Origin: an uncultured Desulfospira sp.
GTDB taxonomy: Bacteria; Desulfobacterota; Desulfobacteria; Desulfobacterales; Desulfobacteraceae
Assembly (NCBI GenBank): GCA_963663165.1
Contig: OY760175.1
Coordinates: 5,056,001-5,120,000, forward strand
DNA length: 64,000 bases
Direction of reading: 5' to 3'
The notes beneath the pieces were generated by a model. It had not been told where the DNA came from. It did no database searches and saw nothing but the letters and a program-made list of their open reading frames with translations. Numbering within the stretch: position 1 is the first letter of the stretch; each line of letters opens with the position of its first letter. This document shows positions 10,181 to 19,435 of the stretch, piece after piece. The translations under genes were made by a program, and so were the position numbers.

Positions 10181-12718
10181 TTATCCTGTCGCGTGAATGG
10201 CCGCCGGCAACAGCTTTTTGATACGGGCCGGCAAGACCATGGTTTCATTGAGGCCGATCCCCTCCAGCAGGATCCGGGCCGGCCGGAGGGTTCTTTGCCC
10301 AATTGTGAGTAATTTCATGACAGCGGTGTTTTCATCTGTCAGAAAGATAGAGGCCGTAAACTTTCTAATGTCTGTTCGCCTGATCTTACCTTTTTTGGTG
10401 AGATCTTCAACTATAAACTGATCTAATGCCAAGAAACGGTCAATCATGGGCTGGGTCAGGCAGGCACTTGAAAATTTGACTTCATAGGCCGTGGCTTCAT
10501 TTGAAACGGTTTCTGATTTTGAGGCATGCCGGCAGCCCATAACGGCAAGTCCTTCAGGAAGGGTCTGGTTTAACTGCTGTTGTATTTCCTTTGGCTTAAG
10601 CCCTTTTTCAAGAAAAACAGTCATTTTTTCCTGTTCGCTTTCCATGCCTAAGGGCAAAGCTGTTTCAAAAGCCATGCGCATGGACGGGTTAAACCCTTTG
10701 GAATACTTAACTTTAAATCCGGTCCGCTTCAAGGCCCGCTGGAAGATGGTGGCCAGTTCCAGGTGGCCGAAGAACCGGGCGTTTTCCAGTTTGGAGAACA
10801 ACACCTCATACTTTATGAAATCATTGTCTGTTAAATCCGGTTCCCTAGGGCCAGTCTCCGGGACAGGGGGGGGGGAGCCATCCTTGTCAACGGCCTTATG
10901 AAGCACCGGCCGGATCTGTTTAAAGTCACAGACCCCGCACCCGGTACACCCGCCTTCCCGGCAGTCCGGGGTCAGGGCCATGTCCACAGCCTTTTGGAAT
11001 TCGGTTTCAAAAAACTGGGGGTCAACCCCGGAATCAATATGGTCCCAAGGCTTAGGCTCGGTCAGGCTCCGGTTCCGGGTCGTGTAAAAATCTGGGTCAA
11101 TGCCGGTTTCTTCAAAGGCCTCCTGCCAGAGGTTAAAATTGAACTGGTCGCTCCAGCCGTCCAGGCGGCAGCCTTTCTCAAAAGCGGCAACCAGAAGCTT
11201 TGACAGACGGCGGTCCCCCCTGGCAAAAACCCCTTCTAAAAGACTCATTTTAGGATCCTGCCACTTGAGGTTGACCTTTGGGTGGCGAAGGTTGGCCTTC
11301 AGGTAGGAAAGTTTTTCAAGCCCTTGTTCAAGACTGATTTGGGCATGGCGCTGAAACGGGGTGTGGGCCTTGGGGATAAAGGAGGCCACGCTGACATTGA
11401 TCATTTTCTTGCCCTTGGCATGGGCCGATGAAAGGCGTTTGGCAAGGCTGCAGATGCCTTCAATATCTGCCATCTCTTCAAAGGGAAGCCCCATCATAAA
11501 ATAGAGCTTGATGTTCTTCCATCCCAGGGCAAAGGCGTTCTCCACCGCAGCCGTGATACTCTCTTCAGTTAAGTTTTTATTGATGATATCCCTTAACCGC
11601 TGGGTCCCGGCTTCCGGGGCAATGGTAAATCCGGTTTTTCTGACACGCCTGATGATATCCATCAGTTCCGGGGTCAGCCGTTCCGCCCGGATGGAGGGAA
11701 GGGAAACCGCATTGCACTCTCCCTGGCTCATGGCAAAGAGCTGCTGGATCAGACGGGTTAAATTTGAGTAGTCTCCAGTGCTCAGGGACAAAAGAGAGAT
11801 GTCCGAATACCCCGTGGATTTAAGGGAGGCCCGGGTAATGGAAAGGATATCGTCCAGGGACCGTTCCCGGACCGGCCGGTAAATCATGCCGGCCTGGCAG
11901 AACCGGCACCCCCGGGAACATCCCCGGGCAATCTCAAGCCTGAGCCGGTCATGGACGGGTTTGCCAAAGGGAACAATGGGGTCCAAGGGGAAATCTTCAA
12001 CGGTGAGATCCGGTAAAAAGGCCCGCCGGACAGTGGTATAATCTTCATACAACGGCGTTAGGGTCTGGATGCCGTTTTCATCTGTGCCGGGGTCAAAAAA
12101 ACAAGGGACATAGACCCCGGAAAGCTTTGACAGCAGCCGCAGCAATTCTTTCTTAGAACCGCCGCCGCTGTTTTTGAAGGCCGTCACCGTGTCGGCAATC
12201 TCAAGAACAGCCCTTTCCCCGTCGCCAATAACAAACAGGTCAAAAAAGTCTGCTAAGGGTTCGGGGTTAAAGGCACAGGGGCCTCCCCCGATGACCAATG
12301 GAAAATCTTCCGGCCGGTCCGCCGCAAAAAACGGGATGCCGGACAGGGAAAACATGGAAAGGATATTGGTAAAGTTCAGTTCATACAACAGACTGACCCC
12401 GATCAGATCAAAGTCTGCCAATGGCCTTCGTGACTCCATGGACAGGCAGGGGATCTGCCGTTCCCTCATAAGGGCTTCCATGTCCGGGGCGGGTGTAAAG
12501 AACCGTTCGGCGGCAATGTTCTCCCGATGGTTTAATATGGAATAAAGGATCTGAAGCCCGAAATGGGAGGTTCCGATTTCGTAAAGATCCGGAAAAACCA
12601 GGGCAAATGTCAGGTCGATTCGGCCCGGCTCTTTTCTGACAGCGTTCACCTCATTTCCGGCATACCGCGTCGGGGTCTGCACCAGAGAAAGGATTTCTTG
12701 ATAATTTTGTTCGTACAT
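10181..12718 (-). CDS. TIGR03960-type radical SAM protein fused to a C-terminal DUF2344/TIGR03936-like domain
   Basis: FPDLYEIG, RGCSRGCRFCQAG (CxxxCxxC), C-terminal FFGHLEL...YSKGFNP; upstream of rng as usual. Confidence 0.88.
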   Translation of the reverse strand: MYEQNYQEILSLVQTPTRYAGNEVNAVRKEPGRIDLTFALVFPDLYEIGTSHFGLQILYSILNHRENIAAERFFTPAPDMEALMRERQIPCLSMESRRPLADFDLIGVSLLYELNFTNILSMFSLSGIPFFAADRPEDFPLVIGGGPCAFNPEPLADFFDLFVIGDGERAVLEIADTVTAFKNSGGGSKKELLRLLSKLSGVYVPCFFDPGTDENGIQTLTPLYEDYTTVRRAFLPDLTVEDFPLDPIVPFGKPVHDRLRLEIARGCSRGCRFCQAGMIYRPVRERSLDDILSITRASLKSTGYSDISLLSLSTGDYSNLTRLIQQLFAMSQGECNAVSLPSIRAERLTPELMDIIRRVRKTGFTIAPEAGTQRLRDIINKNLTEESITAAVENAFALGWKNIKLYFMMGLPFEEMADIEGICSLAKRLSSAHAKGKKMINVSVASFIPKAHTPFQRHAQISLEQGLEKLSYLKANLRHPKVNLKWQDPKMSLLEGVFARGDRRLSKLLVAAFEKGCRLDGWSDQFNFNLWQEAFEETGIDPDFYTTRNRSLTEPKPWDHIDSGVDPQFFETEFQKAVDMALTPDCREGGCTGCGVCDFKQIRPVLHKAVDKDGSPPPVPETGPREPDLTDNDFIKYEVLFSKLENARFFGHLELATIFQRALKRTGFKVKYSKGFNPSMRMAFETALPLGMESEQEKMTVFLEKGLKPKEIQQQLNQTLPEGLAVMGCRHASKSETVSNEATAYEVKFSSACLTQPMIDRFLALDQFIVEDLTKKGKIRRTDIRKFTASIFLTDENTAVMKLLTIGQRTLRPARILLEGIGLNETMVLPARIKKLLPAAIHATG

Positions 12719-12803
12719 GGTACTTAAAATCTTACGGTCTCCTGATAGATACTGTGTAATAAAATCAAAACGCTGAGTATATTGTTTTTTTTGGAATCAG
12801 GCA

Positions 12804-14183
12804 ATGGGAAGAACGAAAATCAATGCCCTGGAGAAACTTGACCAAACACCGGGCAGGGTCCTTATCAAAGGATGGGTAAGGACCAAACGCGACTCAAGAC
12901 AATTCTCGTTCATGGAAATCAACGATGGGTCATCGTTGAAAAACATGCAGGTTATTGCGGCACAGGACCTGGAAAACTACGAGCAGATTCAAAAAATCAC
13001 CACCGGCACCTCCCTGAGTGTGGAAGGGGAGATGGTGGCCTCCCCGGGAAAGGGCCAGAAATGGGAAATCCAGGCCCGGCAGGTGGAGATCATCAGTATT
13101 GCCCCGGAAACATACCCCCTCCAGAAAAAAAGACACTCCGACGAATTTTTAAGAACCATTGCCCACCTGAGGCCCCGGACCAACAAATACGGCGCGGCGT
13201 TCAGGATACGGTCCGAAATGTGCCATGCCATTCATCAGTTTTACCGGGACAAAGGCTTCGTGTATCTGACCTCCCCGGTGATCACCGGATCGGACTGTGA
13301 AGGGGCCGGAGAGATGTTCCGGGTCACCAGCCTGGACCCGGCCGAAGTTGAAAAACAGGGGAAAATGGACTTCTCAAAAGATTTTTTCGGCCAGGAGTCC
13401 AACCTGACTGTATCCGGCCAGCTGTCCGCCGAAATGTTTGCCCTGTCTTTGGGAGACGTGTACACCTTTGGCCCCACCTTCAGGGCTGAAAATTCCCATA
13501 CCAGCCGGCATGCCGCGGAATTCTGGATGCTGGAGCCGGAAATGGCCTTTTGTGATTTACAGGGAAACATGGACCATGCCGAAGAACTGGTCAAAGCCCT
13601 GGTCAACCACGCGTTAACCCATTGTGAACAGGATCTGTCACTGTTTAGCAGCTTTGTAGACAAATCCCTTCCTGAACGGATGGATATCCTTGCCCACAAG
13701 GAATTTCAACGGCTGACCTATACGGAGGCCATTGAGATTCTGGAAAAATCAAAGAAAAAATTTGAGTTCAAGGTATGTTACGGGATAGATCTTCAATCGG
13801 AACATGAACGGTTTCTGGCGGAAGAATATTTTAAGAAACCCGTGTTCCTCATTGATTATCCCAAAGACATCAAGCCATTTTATATGCGATTGAACGATGA
13901 TCATCAAACCGTTGCTGCCATGGACCTGCTGGTCCCCGGGATCGGGGAGCTCATTGGAGGCTCTGCCAGGGAAGAGCGGCTTGACGTGCTGGAAGCCAGG
14001 ATGGACGAGATGAACTTGCCCAAAGACCCCTACTGGTGGTATCTGGATTCCAGGCGGTACGGCACTGTGCCCCACGCAGGGTTTGGAATGGGCTTTGAAC
14101 GGTTCCTGATGCTGATCACCGGGATCGGCAATATCAGGGACGTGATTCCCTTTCCCAGGACCCCGGGCAGCATAGATTTTTAA
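12804..14183 (+). CDS. asnS: Asparagine--tRNA ligase
   Basis: LRPRTN, LTVSGQL, FGPTFRAENS, GFGMGFER, RDVIPFPRTP. Confidence 0.97.
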   Translation: MGRTKINALEKLDQTPGRVLIKGWVRTKRDSRQFSFMEINDGSSLKNMQVIAAQDLENYEQIQKITTGTSLSVEGEMVASPGKGQKWEIQARQVEIISIAPETYPLQKKRHSDEFLRTIAHLRPRTNKYGAAFRIRSEMCHAIHQFYRDKGFVYLTSPVITGSDCEGAGEMFRVTSLDPAEVEKQGKMDFSKDFFGQESNLTVSGQLSAEMFALSLGDVYTFGPTFRAENSHTSRHAAEFWMLEPEMAFCDLQGNMDHAEELVKALVNHALTHCEQDLSLFSSFVDKSLPERMDILAHKEFQRLTYTEAIEILEKSKKKFEFKVCYGIDLQSEHERFLAEEYFKKPVFLIDYPKDIKPFYMRLNDDHQTVAAMDLLVPGIGELIGGSAREERLDVLEARMDEMNLPKDPYWWYLDSRRYGTVPHAGFGMGFERFLMLITGIGNIRDVIPFPRTPGSIDF

Positions 14184-14195
14184 AAGGAGGGACCC

Positions 14196-14399
14196 ATGCC
14201 CACACTGGAAGAAAGACAAAGTGAAAGCCATGAAGATTTAACCCTAAGACTTGAAGCCAGGACCCGGGAGCTTGGCATTACCTACAGTTTTGCCCACTAC
14301 CTGGAGCAAATGGAAAACTACCTTTTGGAGTTGGAGAAGAGGGTGTCGACCCTTGAAGCTGAAAATGAACAGTTAAAGATCAGGCAGGAAAGCGCCTGA
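14196..14399 (+). CDS. Small hypothetical coiled-coil protein
   Basis: AGGAGG RBS, fits between asnS and hisHF, heptad-like C-terminus. Confidence 0.65.
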   Translation: MPTLEERQSESHEDLTLRLEARTRELGITYSFAHYLEQMENYLLELEKRVSTLEAENEQLKIRQESA

Positions 14400-14424
14400 C
14401 CGGCAGGAGAAAGAGTTACCATTC

Positions 14425-16005
14425 ATGATTACTTTGCTTGACTACGGGGCCGGCAATGTCCGGAGCGTAATGAATGCCGTTAAAAAACTGGGGGCTGAAC
14501 TGAAAACCGTTCAGGCCCCAGAGGATATCCTTAGTGCTGAAAAACTGATTTTTCCGGGTGTGGGAAATTATGAAAGCATGATCCGGATCCTTCACCGGAA
14601 ACATTATATTGAGCCTTTGCGTGAGTACCTTAAAGCAGACCGGCCGTTTTTAGGGATCTGCCTTGGCATGCACGCCCTTTTCGAGGGCAGTGAAGAGGAC
14701 GCCTCAGGCCTTGAAAGCATTGGTTTTTTTAAGGGCAGGGTCAAGCGATTTAAGACCGGGCTTTCCGTTCCCCACATCGGATGGAACGGGGTGAACATCA
14801 AGCAGGATTCCCCGTTCCTTTCCGGGGTGGATTCAGACACCAAATACTATTTTGTCCACTCATACCACATCGTTCCTGAGGATGATGCTGTTATCCTGAC
14901 CCGGACCACCTATGATTATGAGTTTGCCAGTGCCGTGCAGCAGGGCAATGTCATCGGCACCCAGTTTCATCCGGAAAAAAGCGGGGAAGCCGGCAGCCGT
15001 CTTTTGCAAAATTTTATCACCAGCCGGGATTTGAAGTCTAAAGGCCCGGTTGACCGGCCCGGCAAGGGGCTGTCCAAGAGAATCATCGCCTGCCTGGATG
15101 TCCGGTCCAACGACAACGGGGACCTGGTGGTCACCAAGGGGGACCAGTACGATGTCCGGGAAAAAGGCGACGTCCGGAACCTGGGAAAACCTGTTGAACT
15201 GGCCGGCCGGTACTATCAGGAAGGGGCCGATGAAATTACCTTTTTGAACATCACCGGGTTCAGGGATTTCCCTTTAAAGGACATGCCCATGATCCGGGTT
15301 CTGGAAAAAACCAGCGAACAGGTGTTTGTCCCCTTAACCATTGGCGGCGGCATCCGGGATTATACGGACAGCCAGGGCAAAACCTATACCGCCCTTGATG
15401 TGGCGGCCCGGTATTTTCGTTCCGGGGCCGATAAGGTGTCCATTGGCAGTGATGCGGTGCACATTGCCATGGACTACGTCAAAACCGGCAAAAAAACCGG
15501 CAAAAGCGCCATTGAAACCATTTCTGCCGTATACGGCAATCAGGCCGTGGTGATCTCCGTGGACCCCAAACGGGTCTGGGTGAAATCCCCGGAAGATGCC
15601 CCGGGTAAGCATGTGATCCCCACCAAGTTCCCCGGGCCTGCCAATGAGGCCTATTGCTGGTATCAGTGTACGGTCCAGGGCGGCCGGAAGGCCATGGACC
15701 TGGATGCGGTCTCCCTGGCCAGGGCCTGTGAGGAACTGGGCGCCGGAGAGATCCTGCTCAACTGCATTGACAAGGACGGCACCAATTCAGGCTTTGACAT
15801 TGAGCTGATCAATGCGGTGCGCAACAACGTCACCATTCCGGTGATCGCGTCATCCGGGGCCGGGTGCGAAGACCATTTTACCCAGGTGTTTAAGGAAACC
15901 CGGGCGGAAGCCGCCCTGGCAGCGGGAATTTTCCACCGGAAAGAGGTCCCCATCCACGCGGTGAAACAGACCCTTTCAGAACAGGGGGTAGAGGTCCGGT
16001 TTTAA
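14425..16005 (+). CDS. hisHF: Bifunctional imidazole glycerol phosphate synthase (HisH-HisF fusion)
   Basis: N-terminal GATase (GICLG, FVHSY, QFHPEKS) joined to cyclase (RIIACLDV, PLTIGGGI, GAGEILLNCIDKDG). Confidence 0.93.
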   Translation: MITLLDYGAGNVRSVMNAVKKLGAELKTVQAPEDILSAEKLIFPGVGNYESMIRILHRKHYIEPLREYLKADRPFLGICLGMHALFEGSEEDASGLESIGFFKGRVKRFKTGLSVPHIGWNGVNIKQDSPFLSGVDSDTKYYFVHSYHIVPEDDAVILTRTTYDYEFASAVQQGNVIGTQFHPEKSGEAGSRLLQNFITSRDLKSKGPVDRPGKGLSKRIIACLDVRSNDNGDLVVTKGDQYDVREKGDVRNLGKPVELAGRYYQEGADEITFLNITGFRDFPLKDMPMIRVLEKTSEQVFVPLTIGGGIRDYTDSQGKTYTALDVAARYFRSGADKVSIGSDAVHIAMDYVKTGKKTGKSAIETISAVYGNQAVVISVDPKRVWVKSPEDAPGKHVIPTKFPGPANEAYCWYQCTVQGGRKAMDLDAVSLARACEELGAGEILLNCIDKDGTNSGFDIELINAVRNNVTIPVIASSGAGCEDHFTQVFKETRAEAALAAGIFHRKEVPIHAVKQTLSEQGVEVRF

Positions 16006-17321
16006 TTTTTGGCATCCCCAATATCCGGTGGTTTATCCTTTTCAGGGTGTTTTTTAACTCCCGGTTTTATTACCCGGTCTTCACGGTTCTTTTTCTTGAT
16101 TTCGGACTGACCCTGGCCCAGTTTTCCCTTCTCAACGCGGTCTGGGCCGCCACCATTGTTGTGGCTGAGGTGCCGTCCGGGGCACTGGCCGATTGTATCG
16201 GCCGCAAACGGCTGCTGGTATCTGCTGCCCTCATCATGGCCGTTGAAATCGGGGTGATTGCCTTTATCCCTGAGACCCGGCCGTCTGTTGTATTCGGGGC
16301 CTTTCTGGTCAACCGGGTCCTCAGCGGACTGGCAGAGGCGGCGGCCAGCGGCGCTGATGAGGCCCTGGCCTATGATTCCCTGGCCCAACAGGGCCTGTCG
16401 GCCCACTGGGGAAGGGTTCTGGAAGTTCTCATGGCGTTTCAGGCCATGGGCTTCATCATTGCAATGACCGTGGGGGCAATGGTTTATGATCCGGTCCTTG
16501 TATCCCGGGTGTGCGGCTTTTTGGGATTTGACGGAAGCATAGCCCAGGAAACCACCATGCGGTTTCCCCTTTATCTCACATTGATAACCGCCGGTCTGAC
16601 CATTGTTGCCAGCCTGAACATGACTGAGTCTGATGCCGGCCCAAAACCTGCCGTCCATGGCAACAAGGGACCGGCCCGCTCTCTGACCCTTAAGGCCGGC
16701 CTCTGGATAATCAGAACCCCTTTTGTCCTGACGGTCATGCTGTTCGGCATGCTGTTTGACGGGGTGATCCGCATGGTCATCACCCTGTCCAGCCAGTATT
16801 ACCGGGTGATCGGCTTACCCGAATCCCTGTTCGGCGTGATGGGGGCACTGACAGCGGTCCTGGGCCTTGTCATCCCCAAATTGGCCCGGATCATAGCCGA
16901 AACATACCGGCCGGCCCATGCCCTGGGCATCACCTTTTCCGTTGCCCTTGCCGGCCTGTGGGCCATGAATTTCTTCTGGCCGCACCTTGGGGCGGTACCT
17001 GCCCTGGCCGTTTTCAGTGCCATGTATTTTAACGGGTTTTTCATCAGCTTTTATATCAACCAAATGGCCTCCTCGGATCAACGGGCCACCGTCCTGAGTT
17101 TCAAGGGGCTGGCCTGCAATGTTTTCTACGGCACCCTGGGGCTCGCATATGCGGCCCTGGTCAAGGCAAAGCGCCTGGGCCTGGATCTGTCGGACCCGGA
17201 AAACCAAATTTTCATGGATACCTTTTGCTGGTTTCCCGTTACCCTCGTTGCCGGCTTTTTGATTCTTATGTTGATTTGTTTTATTCAGCTTAGGAGAGAT
17301 GCCCGTGATCAGGGCCTTTGA
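16005..17321 (+). CDS. MFS transporter (start either ATT 16005 or GTG 16047)
   Basis: Motif A-like EVPSGALADCIGRKR, SGADEALAYDSL, many transmembrane segments. Confidence 0.85.
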   Translation: MFGIPNIRWFILFRVFFNSRFYYPVFTVLFLDFGLTLAQFSLLNAVWAATIVVAEVPSGALADCIGRKRLLVSAALIMAVEIGVIAFIPETRPSVVFGAFLVNRVLSGLAEAAASGADEALAYDSLAQQGLSAHWGRVLEVLMAFQAMGFIIAMTVGAMVYDPVLVSRVCGFLGFDGSIAQETTMRFPLYLTLITAGLTIVASLNMTESDAGPKPAVHGNKGPARSLTLKAGLWIIRTPFVLTVMLFGMLFDGVIRMVITLSSQYYRVIGLPESLFGVMGALTAVLGLVIPKLARIIAETYRPAHALGITFSVALAGLWAMNFFWPHLGAVPALAVFSAMYFNGFFISFYINQMASSDQRATVLSFKGLACNVFYGTLGLAYAALVKAKRLGLDLSDPENQIFMDTFCWFPVTLVAGFLILMLICFIQLRRDARDQGL

Positions 17322-17582
17322 AAAACCGGTGAACCGGTGTTTGTCTGCCCTGAGTCCGGATGCCCCAAACGTACCCGGAACGGGCCTTGCGGCGGCAGCC
17401 GGGACGGCCAATGCGAAGTCTATCCGGACAAGCGGTGCCTGTGGGTTAAGGCCTATGACCGCCTGAGCCTCTCCGGGAACCAGAACACCTTTATGGCCGA
17501 CCGGGTTCCGCCCAGGAACTGGGAACTGAATAAAACATCGGCCTGGGTTAATTTTCATCTGAACCGGGACCACCAGAAATAA
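17304..17582 (+). pseudogene. Remnant of a methylenetetrahydrofolate reductase C-terminal (MetV-like Cys-rich) domain
   Basis: CPESGCPKRTRNGPCGGSRDGQCEV...CLWVKAY; no N-terminal part and no clear RBS. Confidence 0.65.
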
Positions 17583-17677
17583 GATTAAGCGCTACAGCAA
17601 AATAACAGCCCGGAGGAATCGGAACAAGCGGTCTCCCATTCCCGGTCTCCGGGCGCCATCCTTTCCGTTGATTCGAT

Positions 17678-17865
17678 ATCAGTTTTTATTGACATGTTAA
17701 GAAATCTTTATGTGTTAATCAATGCCATTAACTTAAGAAATTTGGCATAGCGCGCAGGGGTTATAAAATGGGCGCGAACGGCGCTTCGCCCTCTTGTCTC
17801 TTGTTTCTTGTCTCCAGTTTCTTATAAAAAGAACCCGCGACAACCCGCTATTAAGTTTTGTTGAT
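17678..17865. promoter_or_regulatory. Putative enhancer sites resembling ATCAAG-N4-CTTGAT at 17678-17693, 17696-17711 and 17850-17865
   Basis: ATCAGTTTTTATTGAC, GTTAAGAAATCTTTAT, ATTAAGTTTTGTTGAT; the first two have the same 18-bp period as the pair at 28527/28545. Confidence 0.5.
17720..17828 (+). repeat. Partial copy of miniature inverted-repeat element family A
   Basis: Starts CAATGCCATTAACTTAAG; similar to 59346-59469; 17783-17828 is the exact reverse complement of 57917-57962. Confidence 0.8.
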
Positions 17866-17942
17866 ATTACGGGGGTGCCCAGACCCCTTTCGGTATTTCT
17901 CTATCTATTTGAAAATATTTAAAAAATTATTTATCTAAATGA

Positions 17943-17958
17943 TGGTCTGATTCTTGCT
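17943..17958 (+). promoter_or_regulatory. sigma54 -24/-12 promoter for the ACAD-channel operon
   Basis: TGGTCTGATTCTTGCT (GG-N10-GC), AT-rich tract upstream. Confidence 0.65.
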
Positions 17959-18061
17959 CTTCTCCTGAATTATACATAGGCAGACGCCTTAATCTTTATT
18001 CTTTTAATGAACGATATTTAAACAGATTGACTGACCATGGTTAATCGAAAAGGAGGATTTT

Positions 18062-19354
18062 GTGAATCAGACAGACGCAATGGGACAGACCAAAAGCAAC
18101 GGGGTAAATGATTTTTTAAGACCAAATCACCTGATTTCACCTGAAGCCCAGATGTACTGCAAAGCATTAAGGGAATTTATCAATAAGGAAATTATTCCGG
18201 TTGAAGATCAGTTTGATGAATACTGGGACTGGTCCGAGCGGGGCGGAGACACCATGATCGATGCCATCTGGCATAAGCTGCTGATTGATATGGAGCTTCA
18301 GCATTCCTTTATCCCGCCGGAATTCGGGGGCAGCGGCGGCCCGTCACTGGTGGACGCCTGTGCGCTGGTCTCTGAGGTTTCCAGAGGGGATTTTGGCCTG
18401 GCCTGTTCCGGATTTATCAGCTCCTGGGCCATTGCCGGGTTAATGCTGCCCAAGGTCAATGAACCGCTGCTCAAAAAGATTGCGGATTACATGTGCGGCA
18501 ACAAGGTGTACATGATCTGCAGCGCCATTACCGAGCCCCACTCCGGCGGATCTGTGGAAGACCACCGGATGAAGGGGGCAGGGATTCAGACCACGGCCCG
18601 TCTTGAGGGGGATCAGTGGGTGATTGACGGGCATAAGCTGTGGCCGTCGGCTTACCGGGAGGCCAAAATGTTCCGTGTCCTCTGTCGGGTGGAAGGGGCC
18701 GAAGCACCATATAACCTGGCCCAGATATTTGTCCCGGCCGACACCCCCGGTCTCTCCACCAGCAAGCCGTATCAGAAGATGGGATCATCCATCGATACCA
18801 ATGGCGATATCTGGTTTAACAATGTCCGGGTACCGGTTGAGGCCAGGGCCCAGCAGGACCCTGTTGATGATTATACCTCTGTGATGGCCAGTGTCACCAT
18901 TGGCCGCCTCACCTCTTCGGCCTTTCCCATGGGGGTGATGAAACGGGCTTATGAATTGATCAAGGCGTATGTTGATATTCGCATCATCGCCGGCAAACCC
19001 ATGAGGGAACACGGGGTGGTTGTCCATGAACTGGGCACCATTGCCAAGGATATCCTGACGGCGGAAGCCATGCTGTACAGCGTAGCGGCCCGGTTTGACA
19101 ACCCGGACGTTTACGGTTTTCCATGGGACTTAAAAAATCAGGCCCTGGCCAGTGCCTGCCAGAATACCGTTGCCGGGCTCGGCATCAGCGTGGTTAACCG
19201 GGCAATGGACCTGATGGGTTCCTACGGATATTCCAAAGATGGCAAAATGGAGAAACTGCTAAGGGACATCAAAATTACCAATATCATTGTCGGTGGCCCG
19301 CTGCTGCGGCTGACGGAGCTGTCCCGCTGCTATTTCGGCACCCAGACCGTTTAA
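18062..19354 (+). CDS. Acyl-CoA dehydrogenase-fold flavoprotein
   Basis: AITEPHSGGS, WVIDGHKLW, MGSYGY, EKLLRDIKI; AGGAGG RBS. Confidence 0.9.
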   Translation: MNQTDAMGQTKSNGVNDFLRPNHLISPEAQMYCKALREFINKEIIPVEDQFDEYWDWSERGGDTMIDAIWHKLLIDMELQHSFIPPEFGGSGGPSLVDACALVSEVSRGDFGLACSGFISSWAIAGLMLPKVNEPLLKKIADYMCGNKVYMICSAITEPHSGGSVEDHRMKGAGIQTTARLEGDQWVIDGHKLWPSAYREAKMFRVLCRVEGAEAPYNLAQIFVPADTPGLSTSKPYQKMGSSIDTNGDIWFNNVRVPVEARAQQDPVDDYTSVMASVTIGRLTSSAFPMGVMKRAYELIKAYVDIRIIAGKPMREHGVVVHELGTIAKDILTAEAMLYSVAARFDNPDVYGFPWDLKNQALASACQNTVAGLGISVVNRAMDLMGSYGYSKDGKMEKLLRDIKITNIIVGGPLLRLTELSRCYFGTQTV

Positions 19355-19435
19355 GGGGTAAAGAAAAAAATATTTTTTCCGCATTAACTGCCATCACAAT
19401 CAAACATACCCCAGGGTATTAGAAAGGAGACATAT

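Noticed and set aside
10177..10302. N-terminal extension of rng
   Set aside because: Overlaps the radical SAM gene; the RNase G-like sequence starts at 10176
17319..17336. TGA of the MFS gene in frame with the Cys-rich ORF (possible selenocysteine readthrough)
   Set aside because: The TGA is not at a Cys-equivalent position, no convincing SECIS hairpin follows, and an MFS-MTHFR fusion is implausible
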